The notes beneath the pieces were generated by a model. It worked only from the letters and a program-made list of their open reading frames with translations, was not told where the DNA came from and made no database searches. A program made the position numbers and the translations under genes. From the IMG/VR virus record IMGVR_UViG_3300028048_000076: DNA of 64,000 nt; one strand, written 5' to 3'. This document shows, in pieces, positions 8,780 through 19,534 of this stretch (the stretch's first letter is position 1; each line of letters starts with the position of its first letter). The stretch is from a virus (taxonomy: Duplodnaviria > Heunggongvirae > Uroviricota > Caudoviricetes).

Positions 8780-9499
8780 TTAATCCCATAAATCGAAAAA
8801 ATATTTACAAAATAAATCTTTGGAAGTTGAAAGATAATTATTATACTCTTTCATTTTTTTTATATCTCCTGCGATATGTAATTCATCATGATTTGTCACC
8901 ATTTCATTACAAAACCAAATCATTCGCATGATGATAGACCGCCACTGTTCCATAGTTAAATCTTTTGGAGTTCCGTGGAGTTGGTCAGAATACTCTTGTA
9001 ACAATTTCGGTAGCATAGCTTTGCAAATAGAATGGTTTGGATTCCAAACATCAAGTTTAGAATATCCTTTTTCTTTATATTCTTTATACATATCAATTAA
9101 TTTTTGATATTCAGCTTTATCTACTAAAACTAGAAGTTTGTCTGCACCTGTAGAAATGGAATCAACTTCGAGCATTTCTTTTGTTTGCCCTAAATATAAA
9201 GCTCTATGTTCCATCAAGTCTTTTTTATTGATGCAATAATATGTATTAGGTTTTAATTCAGCTTTGATGCATTTAATAAATCGTTCTGAAACTTTTTTTA
9301 ATTCATCTGAATCAATTTTAGATAAATCTTCATACCAAATATCAGATTCTGATTCTTCTGCATCTAAATAGTGTTCTACACCTGTTTCGTAAATGTGGAA
9401 TAGTCCATTTAACTCTAAAAACGATTTCAATTCTTCATCATTTAAAGAATGAAGCTGTTTTGTTAATTCCAAGACTTTATTCGTTAGATTCTTCTCCAT
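8780..9499 (-). CDS. Hypothetical protein
   Basis: 239-aa ORF in the minus-strand operon. Confidence 0.7.
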   Translation of the reverse strand: MEKNLTNKVLELTKQLHSLNDEELKSFLELNGLFHIYETGVEHYLDAEESESDIWYEDLSKIDSDELKKVSERFIKCIKAELKPNTYYCINKKDLMEHRALYLGQTKEMLEVDSISTGADKLLVLVDKAEYQKLIDMYKEYKEKGYSKLDVWNPNHSICKAMLPKLLQEYSDQLHGTPKDLTMEQWRSIIMRMIWFCNEMVTNHDELHIAGDIKKMKEYNNYLSTSKDLFCKYFFDLWD

Positions 9500-9995
9500 C
9501 TACATCATCTGCTTTCATTTCTTCAATAACAGCATCTAATTTTTCTTTTTTTTCTTTTTTCTTTTTGGAATTGGATTTTTTCTCTTTTAATTCCTCACGA
9601 ATAGATTCAAGAATTTTGCCTGTATGGTTTTTACCTTCGCCATTCATAACGCCCCAAAACGTATCATCCCAAGAAACGTTATTAATGATTTCCCCTTCAG
9701 AATTCAGAAGTAAATCCTTAATTTCTTTATGCGCTTTTACTTTTTCCATGATAATGTCATGCATTAAAGCAAGCTGTTCTTCTTCAGTCATTTTTAATGG
9801 TGCGCTTTTTAACAAAGTCTGTGCTCGGCTAGGAATAGAACCTGCAATAACTCGTTGTTGAGTTTCGTTTTCAAAAAACTGAGCAACAAAAGCATTGATA
9901 ACATTACGATATTTGATACCTTTGAATTCAAATTTTGCTTCAAAATAATTACTTAAAGGTTTGTATTCATTCGTTAAACTTTTAATCATTTTCAA
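9477..9995 (-). CDS. NADAR (YbiA-like) family protein, partly degenerate
   Basis: LSNYF, WDDTFWG and GKNHTGKILESIRE motifs. Confidence 0.75.
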   Translation of the reverse strand: MKMIKSLTNEYKPLSNYFEAKFEFKGIKYRNVINAFVAQFFENETQQRVIAGSIPSRAQTLLKSAPLKMTEEEQLALMHDIIMEKVKAHKEIKDLLLNSEGEIINNVSWDDTFWGVMNGEGKNHTGKILESIREELKEKKSNSKKKKEKKEKLDAVIEEMKADDVDGEESNE

Positions 9996-10026
9996 AACAC
10001 CTCATTAAATATATACAGAGAATACA

Positions 10027-10506
10027 TTAATCTAATTTGATTACATGATATTTGAAATCATCATTCATATAAGATGTGATAACAGTAGATTGTTGTTTTG
10101 TTTGCGAATACGCTCTGATTTCCAATGTTTTTTCTGTGTCAGAATCGTATACAACTGTTGTTGAAACAGGTATATTGAATTTCTTCAAAGTGTCAGAATA
10201 AGTCATTCCACTTTCTAAAGAATCTGCCGTTACAACGTATATAAACAAACGGTCAGATTCTATTTTATCTAAAAACTTCGGTGGCAAGTATGAACCAACA
10301 AAGTTAGCCAAAAATACAGCCAACGCAATCAACCATTTATCTCCACCATCTGAATTTGCCATAATATCTGCTACAAAAATAAAAAGTATAGCTGAAATAC
10401 TATTACATACAGATGATAATAGATATTTTTCTTTAATCAAAAAAACATTTTTTACTGTAGATAAAGCACAGTCCATAAATTTCAACACAAATGTTGTAAA
10501 AATCAA
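10027..10506 (-). CDS. DUF5698/DUF2179-like membrane protein
   Basis: Three TM helices (STVKNVFLIK, ANFVGSYL) plus a soluble C-terminal domain. Confidence 0.6.
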   Translation of the reverse strand: MIFTTFVLKFMDCALSTVKNVFLIKEKYLLSSVCNSISAILFIFVADIMANSDGGDKWLIALAVFLANFVGSYLPPKFLDKIESDRLFIYVVTADSLESGMTYSDTLKKFNIPVSTTVVYDSDTEKTLEIRAYSQTKQQSTVITSYMNDDFKYHVIKLD

Positions 10507-10508
10507 TT

Positions 10509-11003
10509 TTAAATTCCTTCCTTTAATGTAATTTCTCCTGTTTGCAACGTTTTCTTAACATCAATAACACGCTGATTATTTGACCCACGGAAATGCAAAA
10601 ATGTATTGCGTTCTGCTAATTCAAATTTACCATCAACAAGAACATCAATGTGATTAAGCAATTCTCGTTTATCGTCTGTAAAGGATAAAAGCTGTTCAAT
10701 AGTATAGCCTGTATAACACCAAACGTCTTTATTCAAAGCATGAATTTTATCAGCTAACTTGATTAATTCAGTTGCTTGCATGAATGGTTCACCACCTGAA
10801 AAAGTGATGCCCTGACAAAGAAAATCGTCTTTAAGAGTGTCTACAATTGTATCAATTTCAACAAATTTATTATCACGGAATTCCCATGTATCAGGATTAT
10901 GACATCCTTCACAGTGATGTGGACAGCCTTGTACAAAAACAACATATCTTATTCCTTGACCGTCAACGATAGAGTTTTCAATGATACCTGATGTATTCAA
11001 CAT
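10509..11003 (-). CDS. nrdG: Anaerobic ribonucleotide reductase activase (radical SAM)
   Basis: SIVDGQGIRYVVFVQGCPHHCEGCHNP, GITFSGGEP, FRGSNNQRVID. Confidence 0.95.
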   Translation of the reverse strand: MLNTSGIIENSIVDGQGIRYVVFVQGCPHHCEGCHNPDTWEFRDNKFVEIDTIVDTLKDDFLCQGITFSGGEPFMQATELIKLADKIHALNKDVWCYTGYTIEQLLSFTDDKRELLNHIDVLVDGKFELAERNTFLHFRGSNNQRVIDVKKTLQTGEITLKEGI

Positions 11004-11054
11004 AAAAATAATACCTCCATTAACAAAGAGGGGAAAATTTTCCCCTCTACTGTT

Positions 11055-11603
11055 TTATTCTTCTTCTGCTGTTGTGGGTTTTTCTTCTTGTACCAATTCT
11101 TTTTTCTTCTCCTGATATACAGAATCAATATAATTGACAGCTTTGGTTACAGAAGCTACACCATTTAACCGAGTGTATTCCTGTGCACTCTTAAAGAGTT
11201 CATATCCTAAAGCATAAACAGGTCTGTCAATAGGTGTTAATCGAGATTCCTCACTGTCCATAATTGCAGCCAAGTTAAAATAAGCTTTCTGTTTTTCCAT
11301 CTGTTCCCAAACGAGATGACTCATTGTAATGGCAACACTATTGAGGAAATCGTGAACCATATCAATATTTTTATCATCTTCCTCAGTATTGCAAGGGAGA
11401 ACAATTCCACGAATAATGCCGAATTTATTTATATTGGTATTTGTACCTTCATAACAAATTAAATTGATGAATGCATAATTGACTGAATCATCCATAAATG
11501 TTGATGTGTGCTGAATTTCGCACTGCACCTCAAATCCTAACCCAAGTTTGCAATCCACTTCAAACATCTGTTTTTCATTAATGTTGAACATCATCCAATT
11601 CAT
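11055..11603 (-). CDS. Hypothetical protein
   Basis: 182-aa ORF. Confidence 0.65.
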   Translation of the reverse strand: MNWMMFNINEKQMFEVDCKLGLGFEVQCEIQHTSTFMDDSVNYAFINLICYEGTNTNINKFGIIRGIVLPCNTEEDDKNIDMVHDFLNSVAITMSHLVWEQMEKQKAYFNLAAIMDSEESRLTPIDRPVYALGYELFKSAQEYTRLNGVASVTKAVNYIDSVYQEKKKELVQEEKPTTAEEE

Positions 11604-12690
11604 TGCTGAATCCTCCCATAATATTTTTTAATTTCAAAAGTTTCCGCTTACCAATCTTGTTGGCAGACAATTTGAAATTCGTTTTGTCAATTTTTAAAAG
11701 ACCTTTGATAAGTTCTGTTTTGTTGCTACTAATCGCTTTGTTAAGCAATGTTTTCATTCGAGAAACAGAGAATCCTTTCTGAACGTATTCATTCAAAAGA
11801 TTAAAATCTTCTTCTTCACAATTAAAATCATTGCGTTCAATTTTGGCAGGAGCATTCCCCATAATAACAGCCAAACGGCGTTTGCCAATTTGTTTTTCAC
11901 ATTTACTGAATACCTCAGGGAAAGCAAGCGTAAACATTCGAGCTACTTCATATTCTTCATTGTTATAAGCATCAAGAATGAATCCCTTGAGAATCTTTGC
12001 ATTCATATAATCTAAATCGGCAGTAAGGAATGTGAAACGTTCAAAAGATTTCTCGGAAATGTCTTCCAAATTGAAGAATTCTTTAGTAAGTTTACTCTTA
12101 TCAATTTCAACACCTTTTAATCGCTTATCTTTGGTGCAATACTCTACATACTTTTCTTTGTAAATAGTGTTGGATTTTGAAGACATTGGAATAAGAGAAC
12201 CGCCACATGGACAAGAGTAATCGTTAATTTTATTCAAATCCACTTCGTGTTTGGTGTGACAAACATCACAATATGCGTTAGGATGGAATTCATCATCACA
12301 CATGAGATATGTGGTACTGAATGTATCTACATATTGAAACTCACGTTTATTTCCATTAGCCTGTGCAATTTTGCTACCTTCAGCCAATGTTTCACTCCAA
12401 CTCTTAAAACTTCCATCCATATTTAATGAAAGAAAACATCTGATAAATAATTTTTCTACCTTTTTAATAGGGTTATTAAGGTATTTGTTGGAGAACGCCA
12501 TACAGAACTGTTCATATTTGTCATTGTACCAAACACTGACAGGGACTTTGCTATCATTAGTAGCTTCTCCCAAAACCACATCTGTGCAACATTTTACTCC
12601 ATACTTCTGACGAAAATCAATGACTTGCAACCTTGCCCTGACGAAACAATCACTGATTTGTTCTTTCGTTAAAGCTTCTACCTTTGCCAT
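11578..12690 (-). CDS. Hypothetical protein with Zn ribbon
   Basis: YCDVCH...YSCPCGGSL; duplicated IGKR(R/K)L..IMG motif in the C-terminal half. Confidence 0.65.
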   Translation of the reverse strand: MAKVEALTKEQISDCFVRARLQVIDFRQKYGVKCCTDVVLGEATNDSKVPVSVWYNDKYEQFCMAFSNKYLNNPIKKVEKLFIRCFLSLNMDGSFKSWSETLAEGSKIAQANGNKREFQYVDTFSTTYLMCDDEFHPNAYCDVCHTKHEVDLNKINDYSCPCGGSLIPMSSKSNTIYKEKYVEYCTKDKRLKGVEIDKSKLTKEFFNLEDISEKSFERFTFLTADLDYMNAKILKGFILDAYNNEEYEVARMFTLAFPEVFSKCEKQIGKRRLAVIMGNAPAKIERNDFNCEEEDFNLLNEYVQKGFSVSRMKTLLNKAISSNKTELIKGLLKIDKTNFKLSANKIGKRKLLKLKNIMGGFSNELDDVQH

Positions 12691-12844
12691 TTACACATTC
12701 CTTCCTTCTGATATTTTTTACCATTCTATTGTAACTGAAATGTTTTTTGTTGTCAAGGTGAAAAAAAATATTTTTTTTCTATAATAAAAATGAAATGAAA
12801 AAAGTTTCAATTAAATTTGCAACTAAAGAAGGAGAAAAAACTTA

Positions 12845-14413
12845 ATGAAATTAGATTTTGTGCCGACTCATAAGTATGATGAAGGAATCTTTGACAATAC
12901 AGGTAACTACGATTTGTATTTGATGGCTGTTTTCTGCATTAACAATCAAAACATGACCAATAAGGAAATTTGCGATTACCTTTATGATTATGCACAAGCG
13001 CATAATATTAAGGAAAAAACAGGGTTTAATTTTGTTCATGACCGTATTCGTTATTTCCGTAATGCAATTATGGATTGCATTGATGGTTCGGATTATTCTT
13101 GTGAGGTTGTTGATTTCAGACCTCCATATAATTCATTAAAACCAAAAAGCTGTAGTTTCCGTCATTATGATATGGGTGTAAAAGTATTCAGTAAATATTT
13201 TAAGGTTTTTGCTGATGGAATTAAGAAAGAAACAGATAAGAAAATTGTTCCTTCTTCCCTAAGTCGTAATATTGCTACAATTAAACTTTCACAGGCTTGT
13301 ACGACGAATGAAACTCAACAAAAAATCAATATGTTGGAACAAACTTTGAATGACTTCAAAGAAACATATCATAATCAGAAACATTCTTGTAATTGTCAGT
13401 GTAACACTGATAATGCAGAGCCATTTATTGATTATAAAGACCAAATTAAATCTATGGCTCTTGAAATTAAAGAGTTGAAATCTGAAAAAGTGGCTTTGGA
13501 AAAGAAAGCTCTTCGATATGCTCGTCAATATAGAGAAATTGAGAGTTTGGCAAAAGAAGCTACATTTATTAAACCTTATGATGATTCTATAATGAAATCA
13601 GTAAAATATGATAGAACATTAATTGTTACATTAACAGATGTTCATTATGGTATGGTTGCAACAGATAATAATGGTAACGTTTGTTATAGTCCTAAAATTT
13701 GCAACAATCGTCTTATTGAATACGCTCAAAAAATCATTAATATGGCAGACGAAAAAGATGCACAGAAAATTGTAGTCTGCTTGCTTGGTGATATTGTTCA
13801 TGGTGATATTCATGGTGGACAGGTAGGTGAAGTTGAATTCGGTTTCCAATCCCCTACAACGCAGGCATATCATTTTTCAATCAACTTTGCTCGTTTTATG
13901 GAATGTCTTGCTCACAATGTACCTGAGGTTGATTATTATGCAGTTGCAGGTAATCATGACCGTATTCATAGACAGAAAGATGCCAATACGCATGACAACA
14001 ATTATACAAACATTGTAATTGGATATTTAAAAGGATTGCTTACTCCTTTGAATAATGTTAAATTCTGTAATGAAGGTCAGTCCGAAATTAAGTTTGCAGG
14101 AAGTACAGACCATCAGACGTTCTCAGTATATGGTAAGACTTTTGAACTTTGCCACGGTGATGGAGAAGGAAAAAATATGCGTTCTGCTACGAACGCCCAT
14201 GCTCGTAATGGCAAAATCATTGACTTCTCATTAAAAGGACATGTACACAATGGGTCACATGAACAATTCGGACTTAACAATACTATTGTGGCAGGCTCTT
14301 TCTGTAATCCTGATTTATACAGTAAGAAATTTGGCGGTCATAAAGCTTCACAGACTATTATTACTCTTGAAAATGGTAATAAAGGGTTTGAACTTACTGA
14401 AATCGTATTCTAA
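12845..14413 (+). CDS. Calcineurin-like metallophosphoesterase with long N-terminal extension
   Basis: TDVHYG, LGDIVHG, AGNHDR, CHGD, GHVH. Confidence 0.85.
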   Translation: MKLDFVPTHKYDEGIFDNTGNYDLYLMAVFCINNQNMTNKEICDYLYDYAQAHNIKEKTGFNFVHDRIRYFRNAIMDCIDGSDYSCEVVDFRPPYNSLKPKSCSFRHYDMGVKVFSKYFKVFADGIKKETDKKIVPSSLSRNIATIKLSQACTTNETQQKINMLEQTLNDFKETYHNQKHSCNCQCNTDNAEPFIDYKDQIKSMALEIKELKSEKVALEKKALRYARQYREIESLAKEATFIKPYDDSIMKSVKYDRTLIVTLTDVHYGMVATDNNGNVCYSPKICNNRLIEYAQKIINMADEKDAQKIVVCLLGDIVHGDIHGGQVGEVEFGFQSPTTQAYHFSINFARFMECLAHNVPEVDYYAVAGNHDRIHRQKDANTHDNNYTNIVIGYLKGLLTPLNNVKFCNEGQSEIKFAGSTDHQTFSVYGKTFELCHGDGEGKNMRSATNAHARNGKIIDFSLKGHVHNGSHEQFGLNNTIVAGSFCNPDLYSKKFGGHKASQTIITLENGNKGFELTEIVF

Positions 14414-14662
14414 TATACAAAAAATGCTTACCTTGACGGTAGGCATTTTTTTTGTGTGTATAAAAATTGCTATTTCTAATATAATATAAATGAAGGTTGT
14501 TTAGTTAGGAGGTTTTATAGTGAATAACAAGGTTATTGAATTGGTTTTCCACGCTCCATCCCAACGGAATCTCAATATGGGAATTATTAAAGCCCATACA
14601 AAACATTTAACAATTGTAAAAATTAAAGATAAGATATATGCATTTAAAAAGGAAGATTAAAC

Positions 14663-14833
14663 ATGTCTGAATTTAAGGTTACAGTTACTAAAACTGAAAT
14701 TAGCACTGTTATTATTAAAGCAGAAGATGTTGACGAAGCCCAAGAGATTATTAATACTGCTATAAAAGAAGAAGCTATTGGTTTTGGGAATACTCCAAAA
14801 TATACAACATCTATAAAAGAATTAGGACAATAA
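14663..14833 (+). CDS. Small hypothetical protein
   Basis: 56-aa ORF with AAGGAAG RBS; below the ORF-track cutoff. Confidence 0.5.
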   Translation: MSEFKVTVTKTEISTVIIKAEDVDEAQEIINTAIKEEAIGFGNTPKYTTSIKELGQ

Positions 14834-14979
14834 GGAGCACTTTTTTGCGCTCTTTATTTTTTTTATTGTTTTGAATCAATTAACCATTTTTTAGATTAAT
14901 TCAAAATATTTTTTGAAAAACTATTGCCAAAATGAGCAAAAGATGATATAATTAAGACACAAAAGGAAAGGGATTTACA

Positions 14980-15654
14980 ATGATTTTCGTAACAGGAGAC
15001 ACACATGGACATTTAGATGTAGGCAAATTAGGTCTAATTAATGCAAAAAAAGGAGATTATGTTATAATTCTTGGAGATTTTGGAGCGATTTGGAACTATG
15101 AGCCAAATTTTCAAGAGAAGAATTTGTTAAGCATGTATAACAAATTGCCATATACTACATTATTTATAGATGGCAATCATGAAAACTTTGATAGATTAAA
15201 TGCAATGCCTGTTGAAGAATGGAATGGTGGTAAAATTCATAGAATTACAAATAAAGTGTTCCATTTAATGAGAGGTCAAGTTTTTAATATTGAAGGATTG
15301 AAGTTCTTTACTTTTGGTGGTGCTTATTCTATTGATAAACACCTTCGTGTAGAAGGAATGAGTTGGTGGTCACAGGAGATTCCAAGCCATGCAGAGGTTG
15401 AAGAGGGCTTGACAAATTTAGAAAAAGTAGAGTATAATGTTGATTATGTACTAACGCATACATGTCCATCACATTTGATTAATGAATTGGTCGAAGGTGC
15501 AGAACCTGAACCAACAAACAAGATTTTAGATGGGTTTAATGATTTGATGCAATATCAGAATTGGTTTTTTGGACATTGGCATTTTGACCATTATTTCAAA
15601 AATCCAAATAGCAAATTTAAATGTTTATATAACGATGTGATTGCATTGAACTAG
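14980..15654 (+). CDS. Calcineurin-like metallophosphoesterase
   Basis: GDTHG, LGDFG, DGNHE, THTCP, FGHWH. Confidence 0.9.
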   Translation: MIFVTGDTHGHLDVGKLGLINAKKGDYVIILGDFGAIWNYEPNFQEKNLLSMYNKLPYTTLFIDGNHENFDRLNAMPVEEWNGGKIHRITNKVFHLMRGQVFNIEGLKFFTFGGAYSIDKHLRVEGMSWWSQEIPSHAEVEEGLTNLEKVEYNVDYVLTHTCPSHLINELVEGAEPEPTNKILDGFNDLMQYQNWFFGHWHFDHYFKNPNSKFKCLYNDVIALN

Positions 15655-15683
15655 AAGAAATGTATATAGAAAGGTAGATTAAA

Positions 15684-16007
15684 ATGAAATTTAATGGTAA
15701 AGAAATGAATGAAATTATTCCTATGCAGAAAGAAAAACTTAACATGCATATGGATATTTTCAATCAGAATTTGAAAAAAATTGGATTACGAGCACAGCAG
15801 GACAAAGAACGTTATGGAATTGCTTATACTGAAATTGCGGCAGTAGCAGGAGTAAGTGCTGATGCAGTAAGTGATTTCTTGCGTGGAAAAACAGCACCAC
15901 ATCCTGTAACGGTATCTGCGATTTGTGGTGCAATTCGTATGCTTAAACCTCAGTATGCAATTAAAACAGCAAAAACCATTCACACTACTGCAAAAAGAAA
16001 GGGATAA
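15684..16007 (+). CDS. XRE-type HTH DNA-binding protein
   Basis: YTEIAAVAGVSADAVSDFLRGKTAP. Confidence 0.75.
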   Translation: MKFNGKEMNEIIPMQKEKLNMHMDIFNQNLKKIGLRAQQDKERYGIAYTEIAAVAGVSADAVSDFLRGKTAPHPVTVSAICGAIRMLKPQYAIKTAKTIHTTAKRKG

Positions 16008-16009
16008 AT

Positions 16010-16321
16010 ATGTTTTATTTAAAATTGCCGAATGCAATCATTCCATCTGATAACATTGATACGGTAGAAGTAACAGATTATGATAAGGTTTCTATTTTTT
16101 CTAAGAAGGGTAGAGAATATTCCATTCAAACGAAAAATCCTCAAAATCTTCTCAACGCAATTGTTTCAAGGATGGGGTATTGTATGGCAAGCAAGTATAT
16201 TGTACATGCAAACGAACCCAAATCTGTACCTTATGGTTCGTGGGGACGTATGGAAACCACATTTACATTGAAAAATACAGATTTTATTGTGGATGTAGAA
16301 ATTTTAAATGAAAATCTTTAA
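16010..16321 (+). CDS. Hypothetical protein
   Basis: 103-aa operonic ORF. Confidence 0.65.
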   Translation: MFYLKLPNAIIPSDNIDTVEVTDYDKVSIFSKKGREYSIQTKNPQNLLNAIVSRMGYCMASKYIVHANEPKSVPYGSWGRMETTFTLKNTDFIVDVEILNENL

Positions 16322-16362
16322 AGTGCGGATTTATTTCCGCACTTTTATTTTTTTAAAAAGTG

Positions 16363-16402
16363 TTGACAAACTGTTTTCGATAAGTTATAATAAATACAGA
16401 GT
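16363..16402 (+). promoter_or_regulatory. Sigma70-type promoter of the conserved class
   Basis: TTGACA 16363, TATAAT 16386, then AAATACAGAGTT. Confidence 0.8.
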
Positions 16403-16535
16403 TAAGGATTACTTAACAAAAAGAAAAAAGTCAAGAGTATTTTTAAAAAATATTTTAAAAAAGTGTTGACAAAATCATTAAATAATGATACAATAATATC
16501 AAATGAAAAACCAAAATAGAAGGGGATGTATAAAA

Positions 16536-16706
16536 ATGAAAACAACAAACATTGAGATTAATAACGCTATTAAAGAAGTTGAAGTAGCACAGAACAATCT
16601 TGATATGGCAGATAGTGCTTTTGTAGAGAGTGCAATTTTGCGTTACTCGGCTGCTATGGCTCGTCTGAATGCATTAATTCAGATTGCAAAACATCAGAAA
16701 GCGTAA
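16536..16706 (+). CDS. DUF2508/YaaL-like small protein
   Basis: EVAQNNLDMADSAFVESAILRYSAAMARLNALI pattern. Confidence 0.55.
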   Translation: MKTTNIEINNAIKEVEVAQNNLDMADSAFVESAILRYSAAMARLNALIQIAKHQKA

Positions 16707-16779
16707 AAAAACTATTGACAAGTAGAACACAAAAGATTATAATAACATTCGTGAGTTAAGTTTAGGAGGAATTTTTAAA

Positions 16780-17943
16780 ATGGCAAAAGCAACTACGACT
16801 AATAATTATCTTCAGATTGTACCGAATGATTTCGTGAAATTGTTCGTTGATTTGTATTCTAAACAGAAGGAGTTCAACAAACTCCCTGCAATTATGCTTT
16901 GGGGACAGCCTGGTGTTGGCAAATCTCAGGCAGTTCACGAAGCAGGTCGCCGTCTTGGTGAAATGCTTGGCAAAAAGGTTAATACAACGGTAGCTTCTCT
17001 TCTGATGATGTCTCCAATTGACCTTCGTGGTATTCCCGCAAAGGCTACCAACGATAAAGGCGAGGATATTGCTCGTTGGCTTGAACCTGAAATTTTCCAT
17101 ATGGACGATTCAGATGATGTTATCAATATTCTGTTCCTTGATGAAATTTCTGCCGCACCGCCATCTGTACAGGCTTCTGCATATCAGATTTGTCTTGACC
17201 GCCGTGTTGGTGAGCATCACTTCCCTAAGAACTGCATTGTAATTGCCGCAGGTAACAGAACTACGGATAAAGCTGTGGCATACAAAATGCCGAAACCGCT
17301 TGGCAACCGTATGACTCACTTTGAAATGGTTCCGAGCGTTGAGGATTGGAAGAAGTGGGCATATAACAATAACATTGATTCTCGAATCATTGCATTCATC
17401 AACTACGACAATCGTTATCTGTGCCGTTTCGACCCACAGAATGATGAAGTGGCATTTGCTACCCCTCGTTCTTGGGAACTCGTAAACAGTTACCTTCAGT
17501 TGGATAAGGAACATGCTTTTGAAAAGTATTTCTCTTGCGTGGCAGGTACAGTAGGTCTTGGCGTAGCACAGGAATTCCGTGCTTATGTTAATGTGTATGA
17601 GAAGTTGCCTGACTTCAAATCTATTGCCACAGGTGCTCGTAAGGAATGTCAGAAGAACATTCAGAACAAGCCTGATGTAATGTTTGCACTTGCAACTATG
17701 ATTTCTTCTCGTTGCGTTTCTCTTGCCAATAAGGTGGACATTACCAACAAAGAATCTGTTGCAAAATTGGACACTGTTATCACTAATTGTGTTCGTTTTG
17801 TCAATACAATTGAGAAAAAAGAATATGTCACTTTGTTTGCAAAGGATATGTTTGGTTCTCTGAGCGATAGCACTCGTGGACTGTTCGTAAACAACAGTGA
17901 GTGTTCTGACCTTATCATGGAAATTGGCGAGAATTTCCTGTAA
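16780..17943 (+). CDS. MoxR-like AAA+ ATPase
   Basis: GQPGVGKS Walker A, ILFLDEI Walker B, AAGNR, LGNRMTH. Confidence 0.9.
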   Translation: MAKATTTNNYLQIVPNDFVKLFVDLYSKQKEFNKLPAIMLWGQPGVGKSQAVHEAGRRLGEMLGKKVNTTVASLLMMSPIDLRGIPAKATNDKGEDIARWLEPEIFHMDDSDDVINILFLDEISAAPPSVQASAYQICLDRRVGEHHFPKNCIVIAAGNRTTDKAVAYKMPKPLGNRMTHFEMVPSVEDWKKWAYNNNIDSRIIAFINYDNRYLCRFDPQNDEVAFATPRSWELVNSYLQLDKEHAFEKYFSCVAGTVGLGVAQEFRAYVNVYEKLPDFKSIATGARKECQKNIQNKPDVMFALATMISSRCVSLANKVDITNKESVAKLDTVITNCVRFVNTIEKKEYVTLFAKDMFGSLSDSTRGLFVNNSECSDLIMEIGENFL

Positions 17944-18060
17944 GAATATAAAAAAAGGCATACAAAATGTATGCCTTTTTTTATACGAATTTATTTAAAA
18001 AACTATTGACAAAACATTATAAATGTAGTAGAATTAAAACAAATGAAGGAGGTTGCTAAA

Positions 18061-19479
18061 ATGGCAAATATGGAAGTAGAAAAGATGGTAAAGAAAGCAT
18101 TGAATAATATGATTATTGATTATCCTTTCTTTGCAACTCTTGCGTTACAGTTACCTTTGGTAGAAAAGCCTGACAATTATCCGTGTCCCACAGCTTGTAC
18201 TGATGGTAATCGAATTGTTTATAATCCTGAGTTTTTTAAAAATTTGGATATTGGAACAAGTTTGGCGATTCTTATTCACGAGGTTCTGCATTGTGCTCTC
18301 GGACATTTGTGGCGTAGGGGAACTCGTGATGTTGAGTTGTGGAACTGTGCTACAGACTTTGCAATCAATTCTATCATTAAAGATACAATTGATTCTATGA
18401 GTAAAGAAAATAGAAATTCTATGGTTAAACCGCTTGTTTTGCCAAGGAACTGCTTGTATGATGAAAAATTTCGGAATATGAATGCTGACGAAATTTATAC
18501 TATTTTGCTTAAAAATGCAAAAAAGAATAAAAAGTCAGGTACAGGCTCTGGACAGGGTGGACAAAACCACGATAATCAGAGTGGTAATGGTAATGGCGGT
18601 AACAACAATAATAATAGCAATAGTGGCTCTTCTAATTCTGATAACAATCAGAATGGTAACGGCAAAAACAAGCAGAATGGTGGTCAGGGGCAGGGCAGTA
18701 ACTCAAAAATTACTGTAAACGGCAAAACTTACAATATGCCTAACAACCATGATTCTTGGGAAAAAGCCGACAAAATGACGGATGCTCAGAAAAACGAGCA
18801 AAAAGTTAAATGGGATGCAGCTATGTTGTCTGCGGCTGAAGCTGCAAAGGCGGCAGGAAATCTCCCAGCAGGTATGCAACGTGGCATTAGCGACATTAAG
18901 AATCCTCAGAAAGATTGGAGAATGCTTTTGCAGGAGTTCATTCAAGAAGAATATAATGATTATTCTCTTATGCCACCTGACAAACGTTATCAAGGAGACT
19001 TCTTCATGTTCGACTTCAATGATACTATTGAAGTAGTAAATGATATTCTCTTTTTCATTGATACGTCAGGTTCTATGGGTGAAAAAGCTATCAATATGTG
19101 TTTCTCTGAAATTCAAGGTGCTATTAATCAGTTTGAAAAGAATTTGCATGGTAAACTCTTCTTCTTTGATTATGACGTAGCAAAAGAACACTATGATTTC
19201 GATGATGTAAACGGCAATGTATCAGACCTTGCAGTATTTGGCGGTGGTGGTACTTCTTTCAAATGTGTATTTGATTATATTCGCAATCACCGTGAAGAAT
19301 TCAACAACATCAATGGCGTTATCATTCTTACGGATGGCTATTGCGATTATCCGAATGAGGAAGATACGGATGGAATTCCTACTCTGTGGATTTACACTAC
19401 GCCTGAGGTAGAACGTGGTAGTTCTGCTCCATTTGGCAGAACTGCTGTGCTTGACGAAAGTCAGTTTGATGAAGAGTAA
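18061..19479 (+). CDS. DUF2201-type metallopeptidase plus VWA domain protein
   Basis: TACTDG, HEVLH, WNCATDFAIN, DTSGSM, GGGGTSF, LTDG; Asn/Gly-rich linker. Confidence 0.9.
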   Translation: MANMEVEKMVKKALNNMIIDYPFFATLALQLPLVEKPDNYPCPTACTDGNRIVYNPEFFKNLDIGTSLAILIHEVLHCALGHLWRRGTRDVELWNCATDFAINSIIKDTIDSMSKENRNSMVKPLVLPRNCLYDEKFRNMNADEIYTILLKNAKKNKKSGTGSGQGGQNHDNQSGNGNGGNNNNNSNSGSSNSDNNQNGNGKNKQNGGQGQGSNSKITVNGKTYNMPNNHDSWEKADKMTDAQKNEQKVKWDAAMLSAAEAAKAAGNLPAGMQRGISDIKNPQKDWRMLLQEFIQEEYNDYSLMPPDKRYQGDFFMFDFNDTIEVVNDILFFIDTSGSMGEKAINMCFSEIQGAINQFEKNLHGKLFFFDYDVAKEHYDFDDVNGNVSDLAVFGGGGTSFKCVFDYIRNHREEFNNINGVIILTDGYCDYPNEEDTDGIPTLWIYTTPEVERGSSAPFGRTAVLDESQFDEE

Positions 19480-19534
19480 TGTAAATGTCCCCCTGTAATA
19501 GGGGGATAAAATAAAAGAAAAGGATGATGTAATA

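Noticed and set aside
18541-18720. Asn/Gly-rich low-complexity stretch as a repeat element
   Set aside because: It is an ordinary in-frame linker in a DUF2201/VWA protein.
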